Source of the DNA: Lama guanicoe | Lineage: Eukaryota | Reading direction: 5' to 3' | Length of the DNA stretch: 64,000 nt | NCBI GenBank assembly: GCA_013239625.1 | Contig: MU053557.1 | Location: 255,063-319,062 of the forward strand | Program-made: the position numbers and the translations under genes | The notes under the pieces: generated by a model | Databases searched by the model: none | What the model saw: only the letters and a program-made list of their open reading frames with translations | What the model was told of the DNA's origin: nothing | In this document: positions 63,533 to 64,000 of the stretch, in pieces | Layout: every line of letters begins with the position of its first letter | Numbering within the stretch: position 1 is the stretch's first letter

Positions 63533-64000
63533 GAACATGAAAAGATGCTCAATATCACTCATCATCAGGGAAACGCAAATCAAAACCACAATGAGATACT
63601 TCCTCACACCTGTCATTATGGCCATCAACAAAAATACAACCAAAAGAAGTGTTGCTGAGGATGTGGGGGAAAGGGAACCCTCATGCACTGTAGGTGGGAA
63701 TGTGAACTGGTGCAGCCACTACGGAAAACAGTATAGAGGTTCCCCCCAAAACTGAAAATAGAACTAGCATATGACCAATTCCACTTCTGGGTATTTATCC
63801 AAAGGAAATGAAAACACTACTTCGAAAAGATACACACACCCCTACGTTCATTGAAGCATTATTTACAAGAGCCAAGATACGGAAGCAACTTTAGGACTAA
63901 TTGATAGACGAATGGATAAAGAAGATGTGGTATATATACACAGTGGAATACTAGTCAGCCATAAAAAGAATAAAATCGTACCTTTTGTGAAAACATGGAT
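63533..64000 (+). mobile_element. L1 ORF2 C-terminal region, running off the window end
   Basis: MKRCSISLIIRETQIKTTMRYFLTPV...[15 protein letters not shown] is the L1 ORF2 Cys-rich region; frameshifted. Confidence 0.95.

Noticed and set aside
1..64000. Prokaryotic-style systems (CRISPR, operons, defence islands) and frequent TGAGTCA sites
   Set aside because: Sequence is mammalian with no repeat-spacer arrays or gene-dense ORFs; AP-1 heptamers are common and I could not test enrichment

Overview
Mammalian non-coding DNA, very probably camelid (Camelus/Lama/Vicugna). The basis is a tRNA-Ala-derived Vic-1-type SINE at ~24.3 kb and several L1 3' ends of the camelid type, both recognised from memory of consensus sequences rather than by a search. 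I recognise no protein-coding gene, tRNA/rRNA gene, CRISPR array or prokaryotic system. The ORF track is explained by chance ORFs and L1/LTR remnants. The window is a mosaic of old interspersed repeats (MIR, L2, L3/CR1, L1M, MLT1 MaLR, MER5, MER20B, MER45B, Tigger1) with younger lineage-specific L1 insertions, many nested and with readable target-site duplications (TSDs). The most notable items are: a TSD-flanked 64-bp internal L1 endonuclease fragment with no poly(A) (41019-41082); an interstitial telomeric tract with inverted 8-bp ends (13117-13192); an LTR-int-LTR MaLR inside a MER5; an L1 inserted into the homologous position of another L1 inside MER20B; a well-spaced minus-strand TATA/initiator/short exon/donor unit at ~20.4 kb; several weakly supported minus-strand exon candidates; and RFX X-box and HOX/PBX motif clusters. 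Boundaries of old repeats are approximate and subfamily names are tentative.
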